Of a DNA stretch of 64,000 nucleotides, positions 28,127 to 40,043 are shown piece after piece. The stretch covers positions 576,001 to 640,000 of the forward strand of contig OZ242220.1 in the NCBI GenBank assembly GCA_965206745.1, given 5' to 3'. Below the pieces are notes generated by a model, which was not told the origin of the DNA, ran no database searches, and was given only the letters and a program-made list of their open reading frames with translations. The position numbers and the translations under genes are program-made. Source of the stretch: Nitrosopumilus sp. (lineage in GTDB: Archaea; Thermoproteota; Nitrososphaeria; Nitrososphaerales; Nitrosopumilaceae). The first letter of the stretch is position 1, and each line of letters begins with the position of its first letter.

Positions 28127-28812
28127 TTGTAAGCTGCAACCATTATTGCGCCACCCATAAGATCCTTCTCAAATTCCACCCTTGAGAATTTCTCCAGTAT
28201 CAGCCCTTCAAGCTTTTTGTTTCTTGGCCACCTCTTGTAGGTTCCATATAGGGTGCCAAACTTCAGTCCGAGCCTACCCCCTGCGGCAAATGCGAGAATT
28301 GGCAGAATGCATCTGAGATAAAATGAGACGCCTGCCCTGAAGAACGCCTCATCTGGTTTTCCCAAATCCACTATCACAAACCTTCCGTCCTTTTTTAGTA
28401 CCCTGTGAATTTCAGATATGGCGATTCTCAGATTGATTGCATCCCTTAGAGAATAGCCACACAAGACTGCGTCGAACTCTCCGTCTTTGAATGGGATGTG
28501 CTCAAAGACGCCATTTGCCATATCCGGTGTCTCCTCAAAAAATGTTCCAGTATTTTTCAACATTGGCACCAACGGATCATAGAGTGTAACTGATATTTTT
28601 CCACCTGCTAGTTTCATTGCGGTTTTTGACATGTTTCCAAAACCAGAGCCTGCATCTAGTATCTTGTTTCCTGCAAACACCCTGTTTGCGATTCCACGAT
28701 TGCGGTGTTCCTCGTCCTTGCCTAGTGAAATGATGGTATTGACCTTGTCGTAAATTGGAATGATCTCCTCGAGTACCTTGATTACCTCGCCCCAATAGCT
28801 TCCCAGACCCAT
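28123..28812 (-). CDS. UbiE/MenG-like SAM methyltransferase
   Basis: YDKVNTIISLG, LDAGSGFG, IPFKDGEFD, EIHRVLK. Confidence 0.85.
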   Translation of the reverse strand: MGLGSYWGEVIKVLEEIIPIYDKVNTIISLGKDEEHRNRGIANRVFAGNKILDAGSGFGNMSKTAMKLAGGKISVTLYDPLVPMLKNTGTFFEETPDMANGVFEHIPFKDGEFDAVLCGYSLRDAINLRIAISEIHRVLKKDGRFVIVDLGKPDEAFFRAGVSFYLRCILPILAFAAGGRLGLKFGTLYGTYKRWPRNKKLEGLILEKFSRVEFEKDLMGGAIMVAAYK

Positions 28813-28864
28813 AATCTATTGCCTCATCATACTTGCTTGAATAGGTTTCAAATCGAAGGTTCTA

Positions 28865-29587
28865 TTATGGTGCAAACTTTGCTGCACTGGAAGAATAATC
28901 CTGTAAATCCGACTCTGAAATCTTTGCAAACACCTTGGTCTGAGTCGTAATTTTTGCCATCTTGATATTGGTGATGCCGTCCTTTGCTTCTGCTTTTAGA
29001 TTGATTGCCGCAATGGCAAGTGCTGCAGCATCATTCAAACTCAAATCCTCCTTGTAATGCTTTTCGAGGAATGCATTGACATCGTCTGCACCTGCGCCGA
29101 TTGCGACTGCCGCAAACTGGATGTATGTTCCGCTGGGATCTGTGACATAGATTGATTCCCCCTTTTGATCAATTCCTGCAATGATCATGGAGACCCCGTT
29201 TGGACGCACTCCGCCATACTGTGTAAACTGATGTGCCTGGTCTGCCAGATGCTTGGCAACTGTTGCAACCTCGACTGATTCGTCATATGTCATTTTGTTT
29301 CCCTGTGAGAAGAATCGCGCACCATCCACTTGGACACGTGCATCTGGAATGTATCCTGCCGCTGCGACCCCTATGTGATGATCGACTTGGAAGATCTTTT
29401 GAGTGATACTGCTAGTTTGTAGTGGTCTGGGCTTTTCCTCAACTGCCATGATGACCCCCTCCTTGCTCTTGATGCCGATGGCCAAGGTTCCCCTCTTTAC
29501 TGTCTCAATGGCATATTCGACTTGGTATATTCTGCCGTCCGGCGAATACATTGTAGGCGTCATGTCATAACCACGGGATGCCATCAT
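28865..29587 (-). CDS. psmA: Proteasome subunit alpha
   Basis: GYDMTPTMYSPDGRIYQVEYA, TDPSG. Confidence 0.96.
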   Translation of the reverse strand: MMASRGYDMTPTMYSPDGRIYQVEYAIETVKRGTLAIGIKSKEGVIMAVEEKPRPLQTSSITQKIFQVDHHIGVAAAGYIPDARVQVDGARFFSQGNKMTYDESVEVATVAKHLADQAHQFTQYGGVRPNGVSMIIAGIDQKGESIYVTDPSGTYIQFAAVAIGAGADDVNAFLEKHYKEDLSLNDAAALAIAAINLKAEAKDGITNIKMAKITTQTKVFAKISESDLQDYSSSAAKFAP

Positions 29588-29693
29588 ATCATCACGAGTT
29601 CGTACCGAGTCAATTTAAGGGTAATTGTCTTGTCTGAATCTGGGTTAGATCTGGAAATAGGGTTTTAAGCAGAATTGCTTTATTAAGTTTGAG

Positions 29694-30077
29694 ATGATCA
29701 GTCAGATGTTAAAGTTCAAAGAGATCATTAGATCAAAGCAGGATCCAAAATCTAGAAAGCCTGACAAGCAGACTAGGAACCTCCTACTTTACCTGTTTAC
29801 TAGTACCAGAGGCGGATTCACGCGGCTACGGATAATCATTCATCTTTTAGAGCAGCCATACAATACGCATCAATTGGCAAAGACTCTTGATCTTGACTAC
29901 AAGGCAGTCCAACATCACATGCAAGTTCTAGAAAAGAACAACATGGTCTCAAAAATAGGGGCAAAGTATGGTGCAATGTTTCATCTCTCAAACTTTCTCG
30001 AAGCCAACCTTGGCGCATTAAATGAGGCAATTGACAAATTGGACCGCAAGATGAATCGTACCAAGGTCTACATGTGA
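29694..30077 (+). CDS. ArsR-family winged-helix transcriptional regulator
   Basis: STRGGFTRLRII...YKAVQHHMQVLEKN...KYG. Confidence 0.85.
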   Translation: MISQMLKFKEIIRSKQDPKSRKPDKQTRNLLLYLFTSTRGGFTRLRIIIHLLEQPYNTHQLAKTLDLDYKAVQHHMQVLEKNNMVSKIGAKYGAMFHLSNFLEANLGALNEAIDKLDRKMNRTKVYM

Positions 30078-30149
30078 CCTGGTTTCCGAGTCTGCGATCT
30101 ACATTTTTGAACTAAACTTAATATAATATGTTCAGTTTTCAGAATCATC

Positions 30150-31424
30150 TTGGTCAAAAATGATCCCTTTGCAAATGCAACCAAACAAGTCAATGATGCA
30201 TGTGATATAATTGGAATCAAGGACAAGGAACTGCGCCAATATTTGGCAATGCCAAACAAAGTTTTGAGGGTTAAAATTCCCGTCAAGATGGATAATGGCA
30301 AGATTAGAATTTTTACCGGTTTTAGAAGTCAGCATAACAACGATAGAGGCCCATACAAGGGGGGCATTCGTTACTTTAATCCAGAAGGCGGCGTGGAATA
30401 TATGGAACGCGAAGTCATGGCACTCTCCTCATGGATGACGTGGAAGTGTGCAATTGTCGATATTCCCTTAGGTGGAGGCAAGGGTGCAATCTATGTCAAC
30501 CCAAAGACTGAGAAGATAAGTGCTGGGGAACTAGAGAGGCTTACGCGAGGATTCGCATACAAGATCTCTGAAATCATAGGCCCTCAAAAAGACATTCCAG
30601 CCCCTGATGTCTACACGACGGGCAAAGAGATGACGCAAATCATGGACACATTTTGCAAACTAAACGGCAACAAATATGCTCCTGGTGTGATTACCGGCAA
30701 GCCAATCTCCATGGGCGGCTCGTTGGCAAGAAACGTTGCAACCGGATTGGGTGCAGCATACACTGTCAGGGAGGCAGCAAAGACCCTGAAGATAAATCTC
30801 AAGGGTTCCAAAGTCGTCTTGCAGGGATTTGGCAACGCATCAACATTTGCAGGAGAATATCTTGAAAAGATGGGTGCAAAAATAATCGGCGTCAGTGACT
30901 CCAAGGGTTCGATATCGATTCCAAACGGTGCAAAGGTTAGCGCAATCCTGGAGCACAAGAAAAAAAAGGGATCCGTTCTTGGATTCCCTGGCAGTAAAAA
31001 GATCTCAACGGAGGAGTTACTCACCACAAAGTGTGACGTTCTAGTTCCTGCAGCACTTGAGAATCAGATCAATGCAAAGATTGCAAAGAACCTCAAATGC
31101 AAGATACTTGCAGAGGCTGCAAACGGTCCTACCTTGCCTGAGGCAGATCCAATCATCTTCAAAAAGAAGATTTTGGTAATTCCAGATATCCTGGCAAATT
31201 CCGGCGGCGTATGCATCTCATATCTAGAATGGGTGCAAAACAACATGGGCTACTATTGGAGTTTTGATGAGGTTGCAGGCAAGATGGAGAAGAACATCAC
31301 AAAGGGATTCAAAGACGCGTACCAACTCAGCAAAAAGCACAAGATCGATATGAGAAAGGCAACCATGGTCTTGGCAGTCGGCAGGGTGCTTGAAGCATTT
31401 GAGCAAAAGGGCGTCTGGCCGTAA
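30150..31424 (+). CDS. gdhA: Glutamate dehydrogenase
   Basis: GPYKGGIR, GGGKG, DIPAPDV, QGFGNA, EAANGP, PDILANSGGV. Confidence 0.95.
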   Translation: MVKNDPFANATKQVNDACDIIGIKDKELRQYLAMPNKVLRVKIPVKMDNGKIRIFTGFRSQHNNDRGPYKGGIRYFNPEGGVEYMEREVMALSSWMTWKCAIVDIPLGGGKGAIYVNPKTEKISAGELERLTRGFAYKISEIIGPQKDIPAPDVYTTGKEMTQIMDTFCKLNGNKYAPGVITGKPISMGGSLARNVATGLGAAYTVREAAKTLKINLKGSKVVLQGFGNASTFAGEYLEKMGAKIIGVSDSKGSISIPNGAKVSAILEHKKKKGSVLGFPGSKKISTEELLTTKCDVLVPAALENQINAKIAKNLKCKILAEAANGPTLPEADPIIFKKKILVIPDILANSGGVCISYLEWVQNNMGYYWSFDEVAGKMEKNITKGFKDAYQLSKKHKIDMRKATMVLAVGRVLEAFEQKGVWP

Positions 31425-31426
31425 TC

Positions 31427-31804
31427 TCAGGTCAGATAAGGCTCGTAACTTTTCAACTGCTCGATGAACATTATCTTTCCTTTTGTGATGGTGCGTAACT
31501 TTCTCTTGAAACCAAGATCCACCCTTGTCCTTCTTTGCAACAAGTCAACTGTCCTTCCAGTTAACATTCTGCCCTTTCGGTCCCTGTCAAAAAGGATTAC
31601 CAGTCTCTCAAATTTTGCCACAGAATCTGCAAAATTTACCATTCCTGAAAACCTGTGAAATTCCAAGACCCTTCCAGTAAACCCCAGCCTTCTCAATGCA
31701 TCTGAATCCCTTCTGCCTTCAACTATGACTGCGCTGCCTTTCAGACTGTTTAACTCAAAGATAAAATCCTGCAATTCCAAAACTTCTTGCTCTGAGACTA
31801 GCAC
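31427..31804 (-). CDS. Small stand-alone TOPRIM-domain protein
   Basis: VIVEGRRDSDAL and LFDRDRKG (E...DxD); likely start GTG at 31804 rather than 32125. Confidence 0.8.
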   Translation of the reverse strand: MLVSEQEVLELQDFIFELNSLKGSAVIVEGRRDSDALRRLGFTGRVLEFHRFSGMVNFADSVAKFERLVILFDRDRKGRMLTGRTVDLLQRRTRVDLGFKRKLRTITKGKIMFIEQLKSYEPYLT

Positions 31805-31872
31805 GCTTTGTGATTGATCTTGGCATATTAAAACAGAGCATATTTTTACCACCAAAGAGATTATTGAGCAGG

Positions 31873-32013
31873 ATGAAAACCGAATCAGAAGTTGCACAAT
31901 ACAGAAAGGTAATCGAGGAGAGGCTGGTAAAAGCGGAATCCATGGATGCCATGAAATACTATCAAGGCGTGCTCCGGTGTCTTGAGTGGATGGTAACTGG
32001 CCAAGACGTCTAG
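31873..32013 (+). CDS. Small hypothetical protein (46 aa)
   Basis: MKTESEVAQYRKVIEERL...GVLRCLEWMV; ends 4 nt before the next ATG. Confidence 0.55.
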   Translation: MKTESEVAQYRKVIEERLVKAESMDAMKYYQGVLRCLEWMVTGQDV

Positions 32014-32017
32014 AGAT

Positions 32018-32701
32018 ATGTCCGATGTACTGCTTGTGCAAAATACTCGGACTGAGGGCTCTGGATATCTGGGGACTCTCTTGGAGAGGGACGGATTTGA
32101 GATAACCTCTGTAAATGCAAAGCATGAGAAGCTGCCAGAGAAGGATTTTTCACTGGTAGTTGTCCTGGGCGCACCTGAGAGTGCAAATGACCAGCTAGAC
32201 TATCTGATGGCAGAGCAGGAACTGATTAGAAACTCTGTGGAAAAAGATATTCCCGTACTTGGAATCTGCCTGGGCTCGCAGCTAATTGCCAAGACATTTG
32301 GTGCCAGAGTGTACGGCGGGCAAAGAAAGGAGATTGGATTCTATCATGACTTGAAAATAGATAGTACCTCTCTGCTTTTTTCTGGATTTGAGAACCCCTT
32401 TACGGTATTTCATTGGCATGGTGACACCTTTGATCTTCCGGATGGTTCTGTCAGATTGGCCTCATCTGAGCATTATCCAAATCAGGCATTTCAATACAAG
32501 AGTGCAGTGGGCCTGCAGTTTCATCTCGAAGTCGATGAGGGGATGGTTAACCTGTGGCTTGATAATGCGGAGGAACAATTGCAAGAGATGCCATATATGG
32601 ATCCGAGGAAGATCCGTTTGGAGATTCTCAAAAATATCCCGACTGTAAAATCCAACATGGATGTCTTTTACAATAACTTCAAATCTTTATTCCACCTTTG
32701 A
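32018..32701 (+). CDS. Type 1 glutamine amidotransferase (GMP synthase-like)
   Basis: LGICLGSQL, WHGDTF, QFHLE. Confidence 0.9.
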   Translation: MSDVLLVQNTRTEGSGYLGTLLERDGFEITSVNAKHEKLPEKDFSLVVVLGAPESANDQLDYLMAEQELIRNSVEKDIPVLGICLGSQLIAKTFGARVYGGQRKEIGFYHDLKIDSTSLLFSGFENPFTVFHWHGDTFDLPDGSVRLASSEHYPNQAFQYKSAVGLQFHLEVDEGMVNLWLDNAEEQLQEMPYMDPRKIRLEILKNIPTVKSNMDVFYNNFKSLFHL

Positions 32702-32743
32702 CCAAAGTTTAATATAGTTAATTCTAATCTCACCGATCGAGCG

Positions 32744-34861
32744 ATGGTTGCTGTTAAGAAAATTTTTGAAGAAATTATTCAGACAGATCACAAGGTCATT
32801 ACCGAGGAATCATCAAAATCCATTCTCAAGACCTACGGGGTCAAGGTTCCGCCATATGCCCTTGCCACTTCTGCAGCAGAGGCAGTAAGGGCGGCAAAAA
32901 AGATCGGATTTCCCCTTGTCATGAAGGTCGTATCACCGCAGATCCTGCACAAGACTGACGTCGGCGGGGTCAAAGTCGGAATAGACAATCTCAATGACGT
33001 AAAAAAGACATTTGATGACATGCATGGCCGCCTCTCCAAAAAAAAGGGCGTTACAGTCAAGGGAATTCTTTTGGAGAAGATGGTTCCAAAAGGCGTTGAA
33101 CTCATAGTTGGAATTCAAAATGATCCCCAGTTTGGCCCCATGATCATGGCCGGATTAGGAGGCGTGATGACTGAGATATTCAAGGACGTTGCATTTAGGA
33201 TGCTGCCAATTACCACATCTGATGCAAAATCCATGATAAACGAACTCAAGGGCTCAAAGCTTCTCAAGGGTTTTCGAGGCAGTAAGCCAATTGATCTTAA
33301 CATGGTGGCAAAAATGTTGGTCCAAATAGGAAAACTAGGCGTAGAGAATGCCGATTACATTAACAGCATCGACTTTAACCCAGTCGTCGTTTATCCAAAA
33401 TCCCACTTTGTAGTGGACGCAAAAATCATTCTAAACAAATCCCTAAAAAAGAACTCTATCTCAAAGGCAAAGCCTGTCATTGCCTCAATGGAGTCATTCT
33501 TTACCCCAAAGTCAGTCGCACTAGTTGGCGCATCAGCAACACCGGGCAAGATTGGCAACTCTGTGTTGGATGCACTTGGAAAGCAGGATTACAAGGGCAA
33601 GGTATATCCGATTAATCCCAAACAAAAGTCAATTCTTGGAATCAAGTGCTATCCTTCCCTTGATGCAATACCTGCAAAGGTTGATCTGGTAGTTGTCTGC
33701 ATCGACCTCTCAATGTGCGGACCGATCATGGAGACCTGTGCCAAGAAGGGAATCCACAACGTTGTAATTGTATCGGGTGGTGGAAAGGAGCTTGGTGGCG
33801 ATAGGGCCGCCATGGAAGCTAAAGTAAAGGAACTGTCTCTAAAGCACAAGATTCGCGTAATCGGTCCCAACTGCATCGGAATGTTCAATGCCGCAAACAG
33901 GCTTGACTGCGCATTCCAGGGACAGGAGAGAATGGTACGCTCAAAACTCGGACACGTTGCATTCTTTTCACAAAGTGGGACCATGGGAATCAGCATGTTG
34001 GAGAGTGCTGATCTGTTTGGTCTCTCAAAGATGATCAGCTTTGGCAACCGTTCTGACGTTGATGAGGCAGACATGATATGGTATGCTGCAAATGATCCTC
34101 AAACCAAAGTCATCGGACTGTACGTTGAAGGGTTCGGCGATGGCAGAAAGTTCATCAATACTGCAAAGCGTGTAATGAATGAGAAGAAAAAACCGATCGT
34201 TATTTGGAAGAGTGGAAGAACTGCCGCAGGTGCAAAACAGGCCGCATCACACACAGGTTCGCTTGGCGGCTCAAATGCCATGATTATGGGTGCATTCAAG
34301 CAGGCAGGAATTATCTCAGTTGACAGTTATCAGGAACTAGTGGGCGTTCTCAAGGCACTGGCATGGCAGCCCCCTGCAAGGGGTAACAATGTTGCCATGA
34401 CCAGCAATGGCGCCGGTCCGATGATTGGCGGAATTGATCAGTTGGAACGATTGGGCCTTGCAATAGGAAAACTCTCACCGCAAGTCATCAAAAAGATAAA
34501 GTCACACTTTCCAGACACCGTCCCGATTCATAACGGCAATCCTGCAGATGTGGGCGGTGGCGCAACTGCCGATGACTATCGGTTTGTAATAGAGCAGTTC
34601 CTATCTGAGAAGAACATTGACATTGCCATGCCGTGGTTCGTATTTCAGGATGACCCACTTGAGGAAAAGATTGTAGATTATCTGGCTGTCCTCTCAAAGA
34701 AGAAGAAAAAGCCCATTCTTGTCGGCGGCAACGGTGGCCCATACACTGAAAAGATGATAAAACGAATCGAGGGACACAATGTTCCAGTCTACCAAGATCT
34801 TCGAACATGGGTTGCAGCCGCATCTGCACTGGCCCAATGGGGCAAGGTTCTGGGAAAATAG
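32744..34861 (+). CDS. 3-hydroxypropionyl-CoA synthetase (ADP-forming), HP/HB carbon fixation cycle
   Basis: ATP-grasp (HKTDVGGV) fused to CoA-binding/ligase domain (GPNCIG, SQSG, SHTGSL); adjacent to a crotonase, like the Nmar_1309/1308 pair of N. maritimus. Confidence 0.85.
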   Translation: MVAVKKIFEEIIQTDHKVITEESSKSILKTYGVKVPPYALATSAAEAVRAAKKIGFPLVMKVVSPQILHKTDVGGVKVGIDNLNDVKKTFDDMHGRLSKKKGVTVKGILLEKMVPKGVELIVGIQNDPQFGPMIMAGLGGVMTEIFKDVAFRMLPITTSDAKSMINELKGSKLLKGFRGSKPIDLNMVAKMLVQIGKLGVENADYINSIDFNPVVVYPKSHFVVDAKIILNKSLKKNSISKAKPVIASMESFFTPKSVALVGASATPGKIGNSVLDALGKQDYKGKVYPINPKQKSILGIKCYPSLDAIPAKVDLVVVCIDLSMCGPIMETCAKKGIHNVVIVSGGGKELGGDRAAMEAKVKELSLKHKIRVIGPNCIGMFNAANRLDCAFQGQERMVRSKLGHVAFFSQSGTMGISMLESADLFGLSKMISFGNRSDVDEADMIWYAANDPQTKVIGLYVEGFGDGRKFINTAKRVMNEKKKPIVIWKSGRTAAGAKQAASHTGSLGGSNAMIMGAFKQAGIISVDSYQELVGVLKALAWQPPARGNNVAMTSNGAGPMIGGIDQLERLGLAIGKLSPQVIKKIKSHFPDTVPIHNGNPADVGGGATADDYRFVIEQFLSEKNIDIAMPWFVFQDDPLEEKIVDYLAVLSKKKKKPILVGGNGGPYTEKMIKRIEGHNVPVYQDLRTWVAAASALAQWGKVLGK

Positions 34862-35659
<798 letters not shown>

Positions 35660-36007
35660 CCATCTCAATCTCTCTCTTATTTTATCCTGATTGCAAATCT
35701 GTGCACATCTAACTGTCGTACCTTGAAAACAGTTCTTGGATCCGGGCGTTCTGTCTTGTGCCAAGCCTGATGGTTTTTAGGAATTCACTCTGATAAATGC
35801 ATGTCATGGCACCTGATGGATGTTGCTTGTTTTCAGGAAACAAATGTACCTGCCTTGAAATCCAAAACCAACGATTCGATGAAAACAAAAATCCGATGAT
35901 ATCTTGCAATTATCCCAGAATATGTCTGATTTCTTTGGTTTTGATGGTTTCTAGGCAACCTAGGAGGGAAAAGATTATTATAATTTGAATTGTTATTTTG
36001 ATTCATA

Positions 36008-36358
36008 ATGGCAACTGAGCAAACACAAAAGATGGTAACAGTTACCGCAAAAGCAGCTGAAAAAATTCATGAATTCATGAAAGAGGAAGCAGAATCACCT
36101 GAATATCTTAGAGTATATGTTCAGGGTGGTGGTTGTTCTGGCCTATCTTATGGAATGGGATTTGAGAAGGCACCAGAAGAAGATGACATTGTCTTGGAAG
36201 AGAATGGCGTCAAGCTTCTAGTTGACAGCTATAGCGTGGACCATCTACAAGGTGCAAATGTAGACTATATTGAAAGCCTAATGGGCTCTGGATTCAAGAT
36301 TAACAATCCAAATGTTACAAAATCCTGTTCATGCGGTCACTCATTTAGTACCGAATAG
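36008..36358 (+). CDS. Fe-S cluster assembly A-type carrier (HesB/IscA/ErpA)
   Basis: GGGCSGLSY, NPN..CSCGHSF. Confidence 0.93.
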   Translation: MATEQTQKMVTVTAKAAEKIHEFMKEEAESPEYLRVYVQGGGCSGLSYGMGFEKAPEEDDIVLEENGVKLLVDSYSVDHLQGANVDYIESLMGSGFKINNPNVTKSCSCGHSFSTE

Positions 36359-36515
36359 ACTGAATACCCTTATTCTCATTTTTAGATCTTCCCCCAGCAT
36401 CTGCTATATTCGGCATTTTTTTCAAAGATCCCATATTTTTAAGACCTTTTTTGCGATACCCTCATATATCGCAGGTAGTGACTCAAATCATGATAATAAA
36501 GGAGATGAATAGTTT

Positions 36516-37658
36516 ATGCCTCAATCAGGAATTGTCAAGTATCATGTTAAACTTTCCTATGAAGTCGATGGACTCGTTGAAAGAGCAGATATAATCGGGG
36601 CCATCTTTGGCCAAACAGAAGGACTGTTGGGCCCTGAGATGAATCTGAATGAACTGCAACGACTTTCCAAGGTAGGTCGCATTGAGGTCAACGCAAAATC
36701 CACTTCCAACACCACCAACGGTGACGCACTAATCCCAATGAGCACTGACATTGATACCTGTGCACTGATTGCTGCTGGAATTGAGAGTATCGACAAGGTA
36801 GGTCCGTTTGATTGCAAATTCAAGTTGGCGACCATTGATGATGTGCGAGCTGCAAAGAAGGATGACATCGTAAAACGCGCAAAGGAGATCAAGCAGAGAT
36901 GGGCGACCAAAACTGTCAGTGAGGGGGAAACAATGCTAAATGATGTACATCAGGGCGACCTTGGAAAGATATCGACATATGGGCCATCAAAGTTAACGTG
37001 CAGTTCAGGCGTGTTTGATTCTAGTTGGATAATTCTAGTCGAAGGCAGAGCTGATGTAATCAATCTTCTAAGGGCAGGATATGACAACGTACTTGCAATT
37101 GAAGGTGCAAAGATTGACGAATCCATTAAAGAACTGTGTGATAAAAAAGATGTTGTTGTAGCGTTCCTTGACGGTGACAGATCAGGAGGGTTCATTCTCA
37201 AGGAACTAAAGTCTATTGTCACTCTGGACTACGAGCTCCAGGCAGACAATGGCGTTGAAGTTGAAGAGCTGACCCCGACAAGGATTGATGAGATTCTAAG
37301 ACCGATTGCCGATGAGATCAGGGACGGAAAGCCCGCACCTGAACTAAAAAGTGAGGATGACAAACCTGTTGCAGAGGTGGCATCCAAGGTGTTTCCAAAT
37401 CTCAACGAGACACTTGAAGCAGTCGCACTAGACGGTGATCAAAACGAGGTCTTCAAGGTTCCAATCAGCGAGGTCGTCAGCAAGCTATCCTCGCAATCCG
37501 GAATAAAGTATCTTCTGCTTGACGGAATCATAACTCAGAGACTCTTAGAAGGCGCCAAGAACGCCGGCGTTGAGTGCGTAATTGGGCACAGGATTGCAAA
37601 ATTATCAAACTCTGAGGGAATGACACTCAAAACATTCGGTGATTTAGGCGTATCTTAG
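36516..37658 (+). CDS. dnaG: Archaeal DnaG
   Basis: GAIFGQTEGLLG, VEGRADV, FLDGDRSG, DGIITQRL. Confidence 0.95.
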   Translation: MPQSGIVKYHVKLSYEVDGLVERADIIGAIFGQTEGLLGPEMNLNELQRLSKVGRIEVNAKSTSNTTNGDALIPMSTDIDTCALIAAGIESIDKVGPFDCKFKLATIDDVRAAKKDDIVKRAKEIKQRWATKTVSEGETMLNDVHQGDLGKISTYGPSKLTCSSGVFDSSWIILVEGRADVINLLRAGYDNVLAIEGAKIDESIKELCDKKDVVVAFLDGDRSGGFILKELKSIVTLDYELQADNGVEVEELTPTRIDEILRPIADEIRDGKPAPELKSEDDKPVAEVASKVFPNLNETLEAVALDGDQNEVFKVPISEVVSKLSSQSGIKYLLLDGIITQRLLEGAKNAGVECVIGHRIAKLSNSEGMTLKTFGDLGVS

Positions 37659-37663
37659 GATAT

Positions 37664-38347
37664 ATGACTGAACTGAAGATTCAGCACATCCTAACCCTCT
37701 CGTATCTGCTCTCCAAGGGTGCAAGGTACAACTATGTTTCCGTTACCACCTCCTCGCTTGGAAGGGGCATCAAAAAATCCCAGCAGGCAGCATCAAAACA
37801 TCTGGTGGATTTGGAACAAAACCAGTTCATTGAAAGAATAATTAGCGGGCGAAACATCTCTGTTCGAATCACTCCAAAGGGGTATTCTGAAATGGTAAAA
37901 CTGTCAGTCATATTGGAGAAGAGCCTTGATTCCCTGCCTTCCCACGTTGAACTGAAAGGCACGATAGTTTCTGGAATGGGCGAGGGCGCATACTATATGG
38001 GGCTGAAGGGATACACAAGGCAGTTCCAATCAAAGATTGGGTATGTTCCGTATCCTGGCACCCTCAATGTCCGGCTTGACCAAAAAATCCATCAGGAGGC
38101 AATCAGGCAGTTTGAGACCCTTGATGGTGTGAAGATAAAGAGCTTTTCAGATGGAAAGAGGACATATGGCTGGGTCAAGTGCTTTACTGCCCGGCTCAAC
38201 AACTCTGCAAGCTGCGAGTTGATCATCCTGGAGCGAACACACCATGACGATTCAATCATCGAGCTAATCGCAAAATCCTGCCTGAGAAGGACTGCAAAAC
38301 TAAAAGACGGTTCCAAAATATCAATTAGGATCCCAATAGACTCCTAA
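37664..38347 (+). CDS. ribK: CTP-dependent riboflavin kinase with N-terminal wHTH (RbkR-type)
   Basis: SQQAASKHL HTH; VSGMGEGAYY, PYPGTLNV, ERTHH. Confidence 0.92.
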   Translation: MTELKIQHILTLSYLLSKGARYNYVSVTTSSLGRGIKKSQQAASKHLVDLEQNQFIERIISGRNISVRITPKGYSEMVKLSVILEKSLDSLPSHVELKGTIVSGMGEGAYYMGLKGYTRQFQSKIGYVPYPGTLNVRLDQKIHQEAIRQFETLDGVKIKSFSDGKRTYGWVKCFTARLNNSASCELIILERTHHDDSIIELIAKSCLRRTAKLKDGSKISIRIPIDS

Positions 38348-38961
38348 ATCCCGTGGATGGATTCCCCGTACTCTTTTTGGATCTTGGAGCTGGAGCTTTC
38401 AGGTATTGGCGACTGCAGTCTTGCAACCCTTGCATCAAGCTTGATCTTTTTACATCCCTCTGTGATGGACTTTTCCTGGTGAATCTGATCATAGCCTAGC
38501 GCAATAATTTGCGGCCTGACACGGTTTACCGTCTTGAATATGTCGCCTTCCTGCCCGATCAGGCAAAGGTCTACAGTTGATAGCGAGTTGACCATCTCTT
38601 GTCTTTGCATCTGTGAGTGAAGCGGTCTTCTCTTCTTCATCTTTACTGCCGTATTGTCAGTTGCAACCACTACGACTAGAACGTCCCCTAATTTTTTTGC
38701 GGCATTTAACGTGTGGATGTGTCCCGGGTGAATAATGTCAAAAACCCCGCCTGCCAAAACCACGCATAATGAGTCTCGCCCCGTCTCTGTAAGGGTACTC
38801 CTATCCTCATTTACAAGCTGGTTTTTTACTAGCTTGTCAATCCTTGAATTGATTGCATCTTCGGGGAGCATCGTCTTTTCCTTGAGTGCGTCAAGTACAT
38901 CTCTTTTCTGAATCTGGCACACATAGATGATGGAGAGCACGGCCCTTTCACTTTGTTCCAA
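38344..38961 (-). CDS. ribL: FAD synthase (cytidylyltransferase family) with N-terminal wHTH-like extension
   Basis: GVFDIIHPGH, IIALGYDQ, SSSKI; adjacent to ribK. Confidence 0.82.
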   Translation of the reverse strand: MEQSERAVLSIIYVCQIQKRDVLDALKEKTMLPEDAINSRIDKLVKNQLVNEDRSTLTETGRDSLCVVLAGGVFDIIHPGHIHTLNAAKKLGDVLVVVVATDNTAVKMKKRRPLHSQMQRQEMVNSLSTVDLCLIGQEGDIFKTVNRVRPQIIALGYDQIHQEKSITEGCKKIKLDARVARLQSPIPESSSSKIQKEYGESIHGI

Positions 38962-39005
38962 CGCTTCCTACACCCCTGACCCTCTCTTTAATTCATCGCT
39001 AAAGA

Positions 39006-40043
39006 TTACATCTTTGGATCAAGGCCTTTTGCCAGCCTTAGTGCATCAATTAGGCCGTCTGCATACCCTATGCTCAGAACTGCCACCTCGTCCTGACCGT
39101 CCTCAAGAAATTTTTCGGCATCTCTGATATACAACTCTGCATTCTCCAAAATCACCTGAAACTCTTTTTGGCCCTTGTACAGCGGCTCTACCTCCTCTAG
39201 CGCCTCTCTGATCATTGGGACATACTTTTTCATCATCTGAACGGAGATGCTCTCAGTCCTTCCTGTATTGTCAAATGGTTCATCAATGCACCTGCCAAAC
39301 AGTCTCAGTGCGTCTGATTCTGTAAAGTGCAATCTGCCAGGAATGATTACCGTGTGCGGGGGCTTGCCAAAGTCAGTCCCTGCCAGGCTGGATATTTTGC
39401 CCGATATGATGCTCTGATCTTTTAATCCTATCCTTGATGCAACAATGGCATATGTTGATGTGCCGATGACGTTTCTTCTCTGCCCCTTCTCTGTCTCCAG
39501 TAGCCCATTTAGCGCATCCTTTGGATCCAGGAAAAAGTCTTTGTCCTGGTTGTATTCTAGGAGAAGCACAGTGTGGTTTCCCTCGATGATATTTTTGTAC
39601 ACCACATAGTATGGCGTTGTCAGGGACTTCATCTCGCTCATTATCGTTGCAACTCTTCCCATCTTGTAGAAATGCAGGCCGCATTCGCCTATCATTGAAG
39701 TAATTGATGAGGATGCATGAATGGACCGGGTCTTTATCCCCTCTTGGATTGCCCTTGCTCTCAACTCGATGTGGGTCGTTGCAATGTAGGGATCCCCGTA
39801 TGCTAGCAGGACCGTCTTTTTTTTCTTTGCATTTTTTAAAATCTCACTGCCGTCCTCCACCAGCCATCTCTTTGCAAGCCTGAACTCCCCGTCTGTCGCT
39901 TTTTTGATCTTGACCAGGTCTGATTCTCCTATCGGACTGGTAAACTGCTCTAGATAAACAATATCTGCCTCTGATAAGAGTTCCAGTGCTTGACTGGGAA
40001 TTGACTTGAATCCCGAAATACCCAACCCGACAAACCACAGCAT
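39006..40043 (-). CDS. dph5: Diphthine synthase fused to DUF357
   Basis: FVGLG, GDPYIATTH, HTVLLLE, PPHTVIIPGRLHFTE; C-terminal YIRDAEKF...YADGLIDA. Confidence 0.92.
   Translation of the reverse strand: MLWFVGLGISGFKSIPSQALELLSEADIVYLEQFTSPIGESDLVKIKKATDGEFRLAKRWLVEDGSEILKNAKKKKTVLLAYGDPYIATTHIELRARAIQEGIKTRSIHASSSITSMIGECGLHFYKMGRVATIMSEMKSLTTPYYVVYKNIIEGNHTVLLLEYNQDKDFFLDPKDALNGLLETEKGQRRNVIGTSTYAIVASRIGLKDQSIISGKISSLAGTDFGKPPHTVIIPGRLHFTESDALRLFGRCIDEPFDNTGRTESISVQMMKKYVPMIREALEEVEPLYKGQKEFQVILENAELYIRDAEKFLEDGQDEVAVLSIGYADGLIDALRLAKGLDPKM

Noticed and set aside
31805-32125. N-terminal extension of the TOPRIM ORF to 232 aa
   Set aside because: Overlaps two plus-strand genes; the domain begins near GTG 31804
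35709-35988. Short ORFs between the crotonase and the HesB/IscA gene
   Set aside because: No recognisable homology or clear start; could be a decayed gene but cannot be supported
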